Origin: Patescibacteria group bacterium | GTDB lineage: Bacteria > Patescibacteriota > Patescibacteriia > Magasanikbacterales > GWA2-37-8 | Direction: 5' to 3' | NCBI GenBank assembly: GCA_041651015.1 | Contig: JBAZKA010000004.1 | Location: 1,010-65,009 of the forward strand | DNA length: 64,000 nt | Part shown: piece after piece, positions 28,301 through 36,800 of the stretch | Position numbering within the stretch: the first letter of the stretch is position 1 | Layout of the letters: each line of letters begins with the position of its first letter | Translations under genes and position numbers: made by a program | The notes under the pieces: model-generated | Seen by the model: the letters and a program-made list of their open reading frames with translations, nothing else | Told to the model about the DNA's origin: nothing | Databases searched by the model: none

Positions 28301-28863
28301 TTTAAATCGGTCTGGCCTTCTAAAGCCGGAATATCCATCAGCTCCAAATAAAAATTGCCCGCGCCAAAAATTTCCTGATACTCCAAGGCCGCGGCTTTGG
28401 CTTTGTCGTAATTATTTTCCTTCATCAATATTCTGGAAATCTCCCCGGCCATACAAGCACTGCTCGCGATAATTCCTTCATGATACTGACGCAATAATTC
28501 TTTGTCCACGCGCGGTTTATAATAAAATCCTTCCAGATGCGCAAGCGAAGCCAGCTTCATTAAATTTTTATAACCCGTGTAATTTTCCGCGAGTAAAATT
28601 AAATGATAATATTTATTGTCCGGGCCGTTTTTCTCAAATCTGGTGGTCGGCGCGAGGTATGCTTCCATGCCGATAATCGGTTTGATTTCGTTTTTGAGGC
28701 ATTGTTCATAAAACTCAATCGCGCCATACATGTTGCCGTGGTCGGTCAGGGCCAACGCAGTAAAGCCGCGCTTTTTGGCGGCCTTAACCAGCTCATCAAT
28801 TTTAGACAAGCCGTCAAGCAACGAATAATGGGAGTGCACGTGCAAGTGCGTGAAATTAGACAT
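25357..28863 (-). CDS. dnaE: DNA polymerase III alpha subunit
   Basis: 1168 aa. PHP domain (HLHVHSHYSLLDG), polymerase core, OB fold. Confidence 0.95.
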   Translation of the reverse strand: MSNFTHLHVHSHYSLLDGLSKIDELVKAAKKRGFTALALTDHGNMYGAIEFYEQCLKNEIKPIIGMEAYLAPTTRFEKNGPDNKYYHLILLAENYTGYKNLMKLASLAHLEGFYYKPRVDKELLRQYHEGIIASSACMAGEISRILMKENNYDKAKAAALEYQEIFGAGNFYLELMDIPALEGQTDLNNLLLKISGETGIPVIVTRDVHYLNPDDYEAQDILTCIRDGVSIEESNRQTMVGADFSLAKGEDIAARFKHCPEALANTMKIAERVNLTLELNKWHFPHIDLPEGKNADDHLRDLVYERLPKLCEVTEVERKRADYELDVIAKKGYSPYFIAVSDYVNYARTHDIVETTRGSGAGSLVSYAMGITTVNPLDFKLPFERFLNPFRPSPPDIDADFADDRRDDMIAYVTQKYGADKVAQIITFGTMQARGAVRDVGRALGYSYSFCDQVAKLVPSGAQGFQVTIATAMEKEADLKKMYNENAQVKRLLDLAQKIEGCARHTSLHAAGVVISPVPLTEFTPIQKETGGERIVTQYEMHSVEAAGVLKMDFLGIRNLSILGHAVEIIHKTTGKKIDITKLPWDDKKTYDMLSRGDTIGVFQLSGSGMTRYLKELKPASIFDIMAMVALFRPGPMEVIPEYINRRQHPELIEYLDPRMKDYLDQSLGLIVYQDDVLLTAINLGGYNWEEADKFRKAMGKKIPEEMAKQKEKFFKGCREFGKLPEAKITTLWERIEPFAAYGFNKAHAASYAVVAYQTAFLKANYPIQYMTAIMIAESGDIDKVPPVIHECEKMGIKVLPPDVNESFKNFAMISPEDGSEPHIRFGLQGVKNLGEHIADAIYHERKQNGRYKNLEDFLRRVQDRDLNKKSLESLAKCGAMDSFSYDRGVLLANMENLLAFSKGVSESASTKQNSLFAGTAIDLNQKVKINPTSAAATDDEKMLWEKELLGLYVTAHPFSPIEKIMNNVLTPLNELNTKGRSQWVVVGGVIDTAKKKITRKGDTMMFVTIQDLSGSLELLVFPRTYEATKSVWVEGSTVCVVGKTSEDEGDDKLFVEKAYEVNENNAPMLAMQLNSGVQAAARTIPVTSVREPEPNYYPESGLLVSLSSVEVKEKAEAIKNIFAKYPGEKQVYLSVGGNRIKTSYKIQMTAELANELEALVGKGKLKY

Positions 28864-29003
28864 GGTTCAGATAAAAACGCGCCCAAACAGGCGCCCCGCT
28901 CACGGTTCAATATTACCTTACTCAAAGAGTAAAATCAAGGGAATATATTCATTGATTTATCCCCACATATTTGATAAAATTAACCAATAATAACTCATAC
29001 AAT

Positions 29004-30485
29004 ATGAAAAAATATCTATTAGAAATAATCGTTTTCGTTTGCGGCGCGGTGGTGATGATACTGGAACTCGCGGGCTCCAGAGTGCTCGCGCCATACCTCG
29101 GCACGTCGCTCATCGTCTGGTCCAGTTTGATTGGCCTGATTCTCGGCGCTTTAAGTTTCGGTTATTGGTGGGGTGGGAAAGTCGCGGACATTAATCCAAA
29201 CTGGAAAACATTTTCTGGAATAATTTTTTTGGCCGCTGTTCTTATTGGCATAACGGCGATTTTAAAAGAACCAATTTTGCTTTTGTTTGACGAGATAATT
29301 AATAACATAAAAATAAACTCCGTTCTTTCCACTACCATTCTATTTGTACCGGCGAGTATTATGCTCGGCATGATTTCGCCTTATGCCGTGCGCCTAAAAA
29401 TCAACGACGTACAAAACTCGGGTAAAACCGTGGGTAATTTATATGCAATATCCACTTTGGGCAGTATTTTCGGCACATTTCTCGCGGGATTTTATTTGCT
29501 GGCAACTGTTGGCGCGACCATGATATTATACATTCTTGCCATCACTCTAATTTTTATTTCCATAATTTCATTTTTCAAATCAGATTTAAAAATCAAAGCC
29601 GCCACTATCATCATTCTGATTTGTTTCGGTTCGTTCACCACGGCCATGAATATATTGGCGGCACAAAACGGGACGATTGACACTGACTCAAGTTATCAAC
29701 ACATAAAAATTTTTGACGGAGTAGACGCATCTTCAGGCCGGACCGCGCGCTACTTAAAAACCGAAAATGTCGGTACGCAATCCGGAATGTTTTTGGACAG
29801 CGATGATTTGGTTTTTGGCTACACCAAATTTTATGATTTATACAGATATTTAAAACCAGATGCCAAAAACGCGCTAATGATCGGGGGCGCGGCCTACACA
29901 TATCCCAGATATTTTTTACGCAATACAACCGGGACGACTATGACTGTGGTGGAAATTGACCCAAAAATCACCGAATTGGCCAAAAAATATTTTGGTTTAA
30001 CCGATGACCCGCGAATGAAAATTGTTCATGAAGACGGCCGGGTATTTCTGAACGGCAACACGGAAAAATTTGATATAATTTTCGGCGACGCGTTCAAATC
30101 ACTCACTCCCCCATACCAACTTGCCACCCGAGAAGCCGTAGAAAAAATTTATGAAAATCTAAACGATGACGGAGTCGCGCTCATCAACATAATTTCCGCA
30201 ATAAACGGAGATAAAGGAAAATTTTTGCGCGCTGAATACGCCACCTACCAATCTGTATTCCCCGAGGTGCAAATATTTCCGGTGAGGGAGCCGAATAACG
30301 GCGAAATCGTGCAAAACATCATGCTTGTCGCCTTAAAAAACAAACGCGCCACCTGGAATGGTGGCGACGCTCAAATGCAAATTTTGTTGGATAACCGATG
30401 GACAAAATCTATTGATAACGACTTGCCGATCCTCACTGATGATTTCGCGCCGGTGGACCAATATATGCTCAAGCAGGTTTTCTAA
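29004..30485 (+). CDS. Fused multi-TM / spermidine synthase-like (SpeE-fold methyltransferase) membrane protein
   Basis: Multiple N-terminal TM helices followed by GGAAYTYPRYF...VVEIDPKITELAKKYFGL...DIIFGDAF (spermine/spermidine synthase family signature). Start at MKKYLLEII (ATG 29004). Confidence 0.7.
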   Translation: MKKYLLEIIVFVCGAVVMILELAGSRVLAPYLGTSLIVWSSLIGLILGALSFGYWWGGKVADINPNWKTFSGIIFLAAVLIGITAILKEPILLLFDEIINNIKINSVLSTTILFVPASIMLGMISPYAVRLKINDVQNSGKTVGNLYAISTLGSIFGTFLAGFYLLATVGATMILYILAITLIFISIISFFKSDLKIKAATIIILICFGSFTTAMNILAAQNGTIDTDSSYQHIKIFDGVDASSGRTARYLKTENVGTQSGMFLDSDDLVFGYTKFYDLYRYLKPDAKNALMIGGAAYTYPRYFLRNTTGTTMTVVEIDPKITELAKKYFGLTDDPRMKIVHEDGRVFLNGNTEKFDIIFGDAFKSLTPPYQLATREAVEKIYENLNDDGVALINIISAINGDKGKFLRAEYATYQSVFPEVQIFPVREPNNGEIVQNIMLVALKNKRATWNGGDAQMQILLDNRWTKSIDNDLPILTDDFAPVDQYMLKQVF

Positions 30486-31410
30486 ACTTTCTCCGCAATA
30501 AACATAGTATCCGTCCAACTAAAATAACACAAAACGCGATGATAGCAACGCGCATCCACACATCTAAATTTTTATACCAAACAACTTGGCCGGCCGGTTC
30601 AACACTTTCTATCCGCTCATTACCCGCTTTATCCACGGCCTTAATCAAAATATGGCTCTCTAAATTTTGGTCAGATAATACTAGCGGGCTGCCCACTTCG
30701 CGCCACTTGGCAAATGTTAAACCAATCCGGCTCTTGGCCGATTTTTTTTCATAGCGGTCAATTCCCGAATTCTTGTCTTGAGCCGTAAAAGACAAGAACC
30801 ATCGGTTATCAAAAATTTCAGGCGAACGGTCAATGATCGGAGTAAATGATTCCGGTGGGTCCACGTCCTCCCAAAAATTAACTTCTTGTCCGATGAGTTT
30901 CGGTTGTATACCCACGCCTTCGTTGACAATGAATTCCCACTCAGTTGAACTCACTTCCGTCGGCGTGCCCAAACCATCATTTTTTAAAATTAATAAATCA
31001 GAAAAAATTATTTTACCCGCGCCCGAGGCAACGGCTCTAAATTTAATATCAAATAACTTTCCCTTGGTTCCATAAAACCCGCCGGGCGTTACTCCAGAAA
31101 AAAATATGCCGAAATAATCCGGCGCCGGTTTTCTTACCCACAAATTAATAACCGAACCGCCGTCGCTGATGTCAATTAACTCCAGCGACTTGGGAAAGAA
31201 AACTTTACCCTCAAACGCATTCAAAACTTCTTCGTCGGTATTTAAATACACCGAGACAAATAGCTCATCATCAACCGAAACAGTCGGCGTTTGTGATTCA
31301 AAATATAACTGCGCGCAACGCGCCTCCGGCGTATTAAACGCGAAAATATAAGCGACAACAATCGCCGCGAAAATAAATCTCAAATAAATATTAAAAATTT
31401 TATGCGCCAT
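30469..31410 (-). CDS. Membrane-anchored cohesin-domain protein (scaffoldin-like)
   Basis: N-terminal signal, ~140-aa region LYFESQTPTVSVDDELFVSVYLNTDEEVLNAFEGKVFFPKSLELIDISDGG...GKLFDIKFRAVASGAGKIIFSD that parallels type-I cohesin beta-sandwich signatures, C-terminal TM (VAIIAFCVILVGRILCLL) plus basic tail. Confidence 0.5.
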   Translation of the reverse strand: MAHKIFNIYLRFIFAAIVVAYIFAFNTPEARCAQLYFESQTPTVSVDDELFVSVYLNTDEEVLNAFEGKVFFPKSLELIDISDGGSVINLWVRKPAPDYFGIFFSGVTPGGFYGTKGKLFDIKFRAVASGAGKIIFSDLLILKNDGLGTPTEVSSTEWEFIVNEGVGIQPKLIGQEVNFWEDVDPPESFTPIIDRSPEIFDNRWFLSFTAQDKNSGIDRYEKKSAKSRIGLTFAKWREVGSPLVLSDQNLESHILIKAVDKAGNERIESVEPAGQVVWYKNLDVWMRVAIIAFCVILVGRILCLLRRKFRKPA

Positions 31411-31420
31411 GTAAATTTTA

Positions 31421-32500
31421 TCAGCCGGTCCAATAATAGGCCATTATACTAAAATCCGTTAAATTTATTTTATCATCGGCGTTAAGCTGTTCCGCTTCTT
31501 TTAATATAAAAGTGTTGCTCAATGTTCTTTTGTACCAATAGGCGGCGATGGAAAAATCCACCAAATTCACACGGCAATCGCCATTCAAATCACCCTTAAG
31601 AATTTTACCATCGCACAACTGTTTAGCCACCACGGTTGACGAGCCGATCTTAAAATTAACGATTTTACTAAACGGGCTAACCTGAGTTTTATAAAACGAT
31701 TGGGCTTTCGCAAAATAATCACCCAGTATTAGATCGGTCGTATCCAAAGTATAGGCATACGCGCCGGCCGCGTTGGTCTTGACCTTTACAGAAATTATTT
31801 CTGTGGAACTCACGATAAGGTTTACATCAACCCCGGGCAAGGAGTGGCCGGAAAAATTTATACTTTCCCCCTTTTTCACTTCGCTTTTGTCGGCCCAGAT
31901 GGTCGGAGCAATATATATTCCACTCACGGTAGTCACCACGCCTTCTGTCACATTTAAAGTAATGGTTTGCATGGCGGAACGGAAATCACCGCCATCAACC
32001 GAATACACCCCGAAGACATAGTTGCCCCCGGTTATTTTTAGAACGCTGGCGGAAAAATTTCCGGCGGCATCAGCCATTGTAGTAGTGGCAATTTGTCCAT
32101 CGCGCAAAATTACTACTTGCCCGAATGGATAGGCAATACCCATAAAATTTACTTGGGTGGCGACCGGCACAGTGACAACTCCACCTCCCCCACCACCCCC
32201 GCCACCATGATGCGGGGCGATATATTCACACAACGAGGCATCATAATCACAAGCAATGGTGCAGGATACCGTGCCACTGGTATAACCGAGCGACGCGCAA
32301 CTGCCACCGCCCATATCGGCGCCGTCGCATTGTTCCGGGCCTTCGGCCACGCCATCACCGCAAACAGAAATTTCCACATTAGCATTCACATAAGAATTTG
32401 TGGCAGCGGAAGCTTTTTGGATAATAACAAAACCGCCGACGATCAGTGTGAGCGTCAGCGGCGCGAAAAACAATAAAGTTGAACGCAGTTTCGAATCCAT
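31421..32500 (-). CDS. Secreted Cys-rich-repeat / Ig-like protein with C-terminal dockerin
   Basis: Signal peptide. CGDGVAEGPEQCDGADMGGGSC...C (myxo-type cysteine-rich repeat pattern). Poly-Gly linker. C-terminal GDLNGDCRVNLVDFSIAAYWY ... LNADDKINLTDFSIMAYYW, i.e. two dockerin Ca-binding repeats. Confidence 0.55.
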   Translation of the reverse strand: MDSKLRSTLLFFAPLTLTLIVGGFVIIQKASAATNSYVNANVEISVCGDGVAEGPEQCDGADMGGGSCASLGYTSGTVSCTIACDYDASLCEYIAPHHGGGGGGGGGVVTVPVATQVNFMGIAYPFGQVVILRDGQIATTTMADAAGNFSASVLKITGGNYVFGVYSVDGGDFRSAMQTITLNVTEGVVTTVSGIYIAPTIWADKSEVKKGESINFSGHSLPGVDVNLIVSSTEIISVKVKTNAAGAYAYTLDTTDLILGDYFAKAQSFYKTQVSPFSKIVNFKIGSSTVVAKQLCDGKILKGDLNGDCRVNLVDFSIAAYWYKRTLSNTFILKEAEQLNADDKINLTDFSIMAYYWTG

Positions 32501-32512
32501 TTTTCAATGAAA

Positions 32513-33124
32513 TTATTCCTCTTTTTTCTTTACGCTAATACCGATATTAAACGAAAAGAATTTACGTATAAGCAGTACCACAATGACAAACGCAATCGCT
32601 CCGAGCAAAACCAAACTCCACGGATAATACAATTTGTAAAGCGAGGTCAAGCGATAATAAACTCCCACAAAAAAATTCGCCGGCGCGACGCTAAAATACA
32701 ATTTGGTCGCGGCCGCCACACCAACAGAGGTCTCTCCGGCCACTGATGCTTTCTTGGCCGGGTGTCCTTCAAGATACGCAAAATATTCGCCCGGCTCAGC
32801 GCCTTTTAATGGCAAAGTCAGTCTAACTTGCACTAATTGCGCTTTGCCCGGTTCCAGATAAAATGTTGATGGCTGGAAACTTAACCATTCGCGAGGCGGC
32901 ATTTTTTGCGGTTGAGTGGTGTTGTATTCCACTGAGACACCATACTCTGAGGCTTCGTCGCCGGTATTGATCACGGCAAATGAAGGCAGGTCATAAATTA
33001 GACCGGCTTTCATAGCCTCAGGCACTTCAATCTTTCCCGTGCCCACCCCAACGCCGACGCTGGCCATGGCTGCTATCGGTAGCAATAATATTCCCCCCAC
33101 TATTGCGGCAATATATTTATTCAT
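32513..33124 (-). CDS. Surface protein: signal peptide + beta-sandwich-like domain + C-terminal TM anchor (CscA/DUF916-like architecture)
   Basis: MNKYIAAIVGGILLLPIAAMA signal. C-terminal LVLLGAIAFVIVVLLIRKFF TM with charged tail. Domain assignment by architecture only. Confidence 0.4.
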   Translation of the reverse strand: MNKYIAAIVGGILLLPIAAMASVGVGVGTGKIEVPEAMKAGLIYDLPSFAVINTGDEASEYGVSVEYNTTQPQKMPPREWLSFQPSTFYLEPGKAQLVQVRLTLPLKGAEPGEYFAYLEGHPAKKASVAGETSVGVAAATKLYFSVAPANFFVGVYYRLTSLYKLYYPWSLVLLGAIAFVIVVLLIRKFFSFNIGISVKKKEE

Positions 33125-33167
33125 AGAAGAAAATTCAGAAGTCGTAATAGCGGATTAATTTTTATTA

Positions 33168-33680
33168 TTAGTGAGCGGCGGCAGACACTGTGACCACCAT
33201 TGATTGTTGGGTATAATCTGCCACGGCAGTAGGAGTATTTATCAACAAGTCCATAGACTGCGTCGGAGTGGTCGTAGTCAAATCAGATTTCATATTGGTA
33301 TAAGTGCTGGAATTCATCGCCGTATAATTTGCGGCGCTGGTGCATGTCGTGGTGCAAAATTTATGCACATAAATACTGGAACCGGCCGTTGATGATAAAC
33401 CCCAGTTGCCGGGAGTGGTGGAAGAGCCTCTCACGGTTAAGTCCACTGATACGTTACCGTTGTTGGTGACAGTTTGCGTGTCAATGGTGGTGGTAGTGCT
33501 TTTAATCGTGTTGAGCGCCATCGTGCCGTAAGCCACAGTTCCATCCGTAACAGTTACGGAAATATTTTCCACTGTCACGGTCGCGGCCACATTACCGGTT
33601 GTGGCGGCCCAAACTACTGAGGCGGCCGAGACAGCCGCAAATCCCACAACGAATGCTACCAAGAGAAATGCCTTTTTCAT
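33168..33680 (-). CDS. Small secreted protein homologous to the C-terminus of the adjacent giant protein (WxL-like / TasA-like module)
   Basis: Signal MKKAFLLVAFVVGFAAVSAASVVWAATTGN. VTVTDGTVAYGT...TVTNNGNV...NWGL...YVHKFCTTTC...NYTAM aligns with giant-protein residues ~1440-1590. Confidence 0.55.
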   Translation of the reverse strand: MKKAFLLVAFVVGFAAVSAASVVWAATTGNVAATVTVENISVTVTDGTVAYGTMALNTIKSTTTTIDTQTVTNNGNVSVDLTVRGSSTTPGNWGLSSTAGSSIYVHKFCTTTCTSAANYTAMNSSTYTNMKSDLTTTTPTQSMDLLINTPTAVADYTQQSMVVTVSAAAH

Positions 33681-33889
33681 ATTATTAAAAGATTATTAAT
33701 AATTTATAGTAGTGTTTACAACACTATTTATTTTTGCTTGATAAAAAATTTATTTTCTCCCCTCTAACTACAATTCGCTCCAGTATATTATACACCAATT
33801 TTACGTTTCTAAATACGGCCAGTTATCCACAGGGCTTCGCTACGCTACCTGCCTGCCGGTAGGCAAGCGCCCCGCAAACGCAACTTCGT

Positions 33890-36800
33890 CTATGATTGGG
33901 TCGCGAGCAATGTCACATCCACATCCTGCTCACCATAACAAGTGGAAGCTGAGGGAGCGGTGAGACGTAATTGAAATTGGGTGGTACCATCCGCGGCCAC
34001 ATTGGTATCAATATTTTGGTAGGTGGTAGTCATGGCCGTATAGTTGGTCGGCGGGGACGAACAATCTAAATCCGTGTCATTACAAAACCGATGTACGTAT
34101 TGGTCTGCGCCGTTTGAAGTCGCGAGCGTCCACGTGCATCCCCCGCCCGAACCATCTTGCCCTTTGATGGCAAAATCTTCGGTCACATTACCGTTATTGG
34201 TGATTGTTTGCAAATCGCCAAGGTCAATCGTGCTCACACTGGAATTTTCCGCAATGGTTCCATAGCTCACAACTCCGTCGGAAACAGTGACAGACACAAC
34301 CGGCGTAACGGAATTTACTTCATCGTAATCTTTATCAATCGTAGTTGTGATAGCGTTAAGCGAGGTGGTGCAATAACCCCATTGCCAAAAAGTAAAGGTG
34401 GTTGAGGCACCAGCCGGCAAATCATCCCAACGCCGAACGAAATATATATCATCAGCTTCATTTGTTGATTTAACCGCCACTTGAAGCGGCCATTCAATGG
34501 TGGAACTGACCGGGGAGTGTTGAAAATAATAACCGTAAGTCGCCGGATCATCCTGGTCAAAAATCACACCCATGGCCGCCCAGATACCGGTATCGTAAGT
34601 TGTAAACCATTTTTTGGTTAACGATGACATGGTGATTTGACGTTCTACCGTGCTGCTCGTCGTTTCACCGGCCACCCAACCCTTATCATTAGTATTACGA
34701 TCAGTACCAAGCCATTGCTCGCGACCCCAAACTAACGGATAATCATAAGCTGTGGAACTGGCATTGGTAAAAGTGTAAACATTTTTTAAATAACGTTTAC
34801 TGGCATAAAATGTTTGGTATCGGTATGCGTCAATGCCGGTAGCCAGTTGTTGCGCCCAACCATTGGCTGCGCCATCCGAATGCACCAAAGTGGTGATGGA
34901 ATTATCGTCCTCGCTGACAATGTAATTCGCCCATTCATCTTGTTTCCATTTAATATCGCCGGCATAATATCCGGAACTATCTATCCTTACTGTATCATTC
35001 ACAACGACAGCCGTGCGTTCCATACAATCCAAGTTCACGTCATTGTCACTGCTATTGCGGCAAGACATCTCCACCTGTTCGCCCGCGCCTTCATAGCCGC
35101 CGCCAAACATTGGTGTGTTGATAAACTGATTGGCAAATACTAAGCCATTATAAAATAAACGCTCACCGATATTATATGTATATAAACGATCATAACGCGT
35201 GGCAAACAAATCAGTGTCCGAAGTAAAAGAAAAAGCCACTGTTTTATAAGTCGTACCCATGGAATTATCTTGGATATATAACGTATGATGGCCGCTATCC
35301 CACCACCAACAATCCGTAGTGGAAGCAGCGGTCCCTTCTGAAAGAGCCGTGCCGGCCAAGGACACCGATGTGATATTAATATCACTCGTCGTCGGATGGA
35401 ACGGAAAAGCAATCGCGACATTGGAATAGGTAGCCGCGGCATTGACGGAAAAATCCGCCACTTCGTAATTCCAATGGTCAACGCTCCAAGTGGGATTAAA
35501 CTCGGCGCCATTGCCCATGGCCGCGGTGCTGATGGCATTCCATCGCCGTGTAATATATGTGGTAAAATTTGCCGTGGTCGTTGAATAATCAATTGATGAA
35601 AAATTTGAACTGCTGGATAATTGCAAAGTGGTTCGAAACGTGCCGGTATTTGGATCGGCACAGCCATTGCAAAAATTTGAACCCGGGTAAATTACCCCTT
35701 CATAACGTCCGTCAATGGCATCCCATGTCAAATTTGTGTAAAGATTATCCCCCACGGAATTGGTGGTACTGGCTCGCGCATAAGGATAATCAAGATAACT
35801 CAAGCCATTCAAAGTCATATTGACGGGAATGGCGCCGCTCCAACCATCAGAAGTCTTGCCAATGGAACCGGAAATAGTGGGAAGAGCAAACACGGTGGAA
35901 CCGGAAATTGCGACTGTGCTGGAAGGTCCGGTGGTACCACTGCTCACCGTCACGCCGGTACTGGGATCGGAAATTTGGATTTCCAATGTTTCTCCCAAAG
36001 TAGCACCCGAAGCAACATCCAACACTGTATAAACACACATCGCCGAAGTGGTGCTGATACCGACCGAACCGGAAAATGTTGAAGTGCCATTGGCGGCGCT
36101 AAACCCATCGGTATCAGTGGAGCCAAATTGAGTTTCCGTACCGCCATAACTTTCCGAAGCGCAATCATACGGTGTGGTAGCGTCTAAATCGTAATAAAGT
36201 TTAATGTTATCCAAATCAGTTTGCGCATCCACGGTGCCATTTTCAAAAATACTAATACCGGTGACATTGCGCGAGCCGGCGTTTTCAATAATGGAAAAAT
36301 ATCCGCCGACATAATTATCAGTGGAAGGAATGGTCATGCCCGTGGCTTGACTGCCTCCGGTACCGACAGTGACAGAACTGACCAGAGCGGTGGAACCGGT
36401 AATGGCCACTGCGGACGACGGCCCGACCGCGCCGCTGCTGATCGTCACGGCCGTGCTGGGATTGGTAATTTGAATTTCAATTGTTTGCCCTTCGCCCGCG
36501 CCCGAGCCCACATCCACAACCGCATAAACGCACATGGCTTGGGCCGAGGTCACGGCCACGGTTCCGGAAAATGTTGATGTCCCGTTGCTAGCGCTAAAAC
36601 CATCAGTATCAGTGGAGCCATATTGAGTCTCGGTGCCATTATAACTAACAGATGCGCAATCATAAGGCGTCACTGTATCTAATTCATAATATAATTTGAT
36701 ATTATCTAAATTATTTTGCGCGTCCACGGTGCCGATTTCATTTATGGATATACCGGTGACATTGCGAGAAGTGGCATCGCCGACAATGTAGAAAGCGCCG

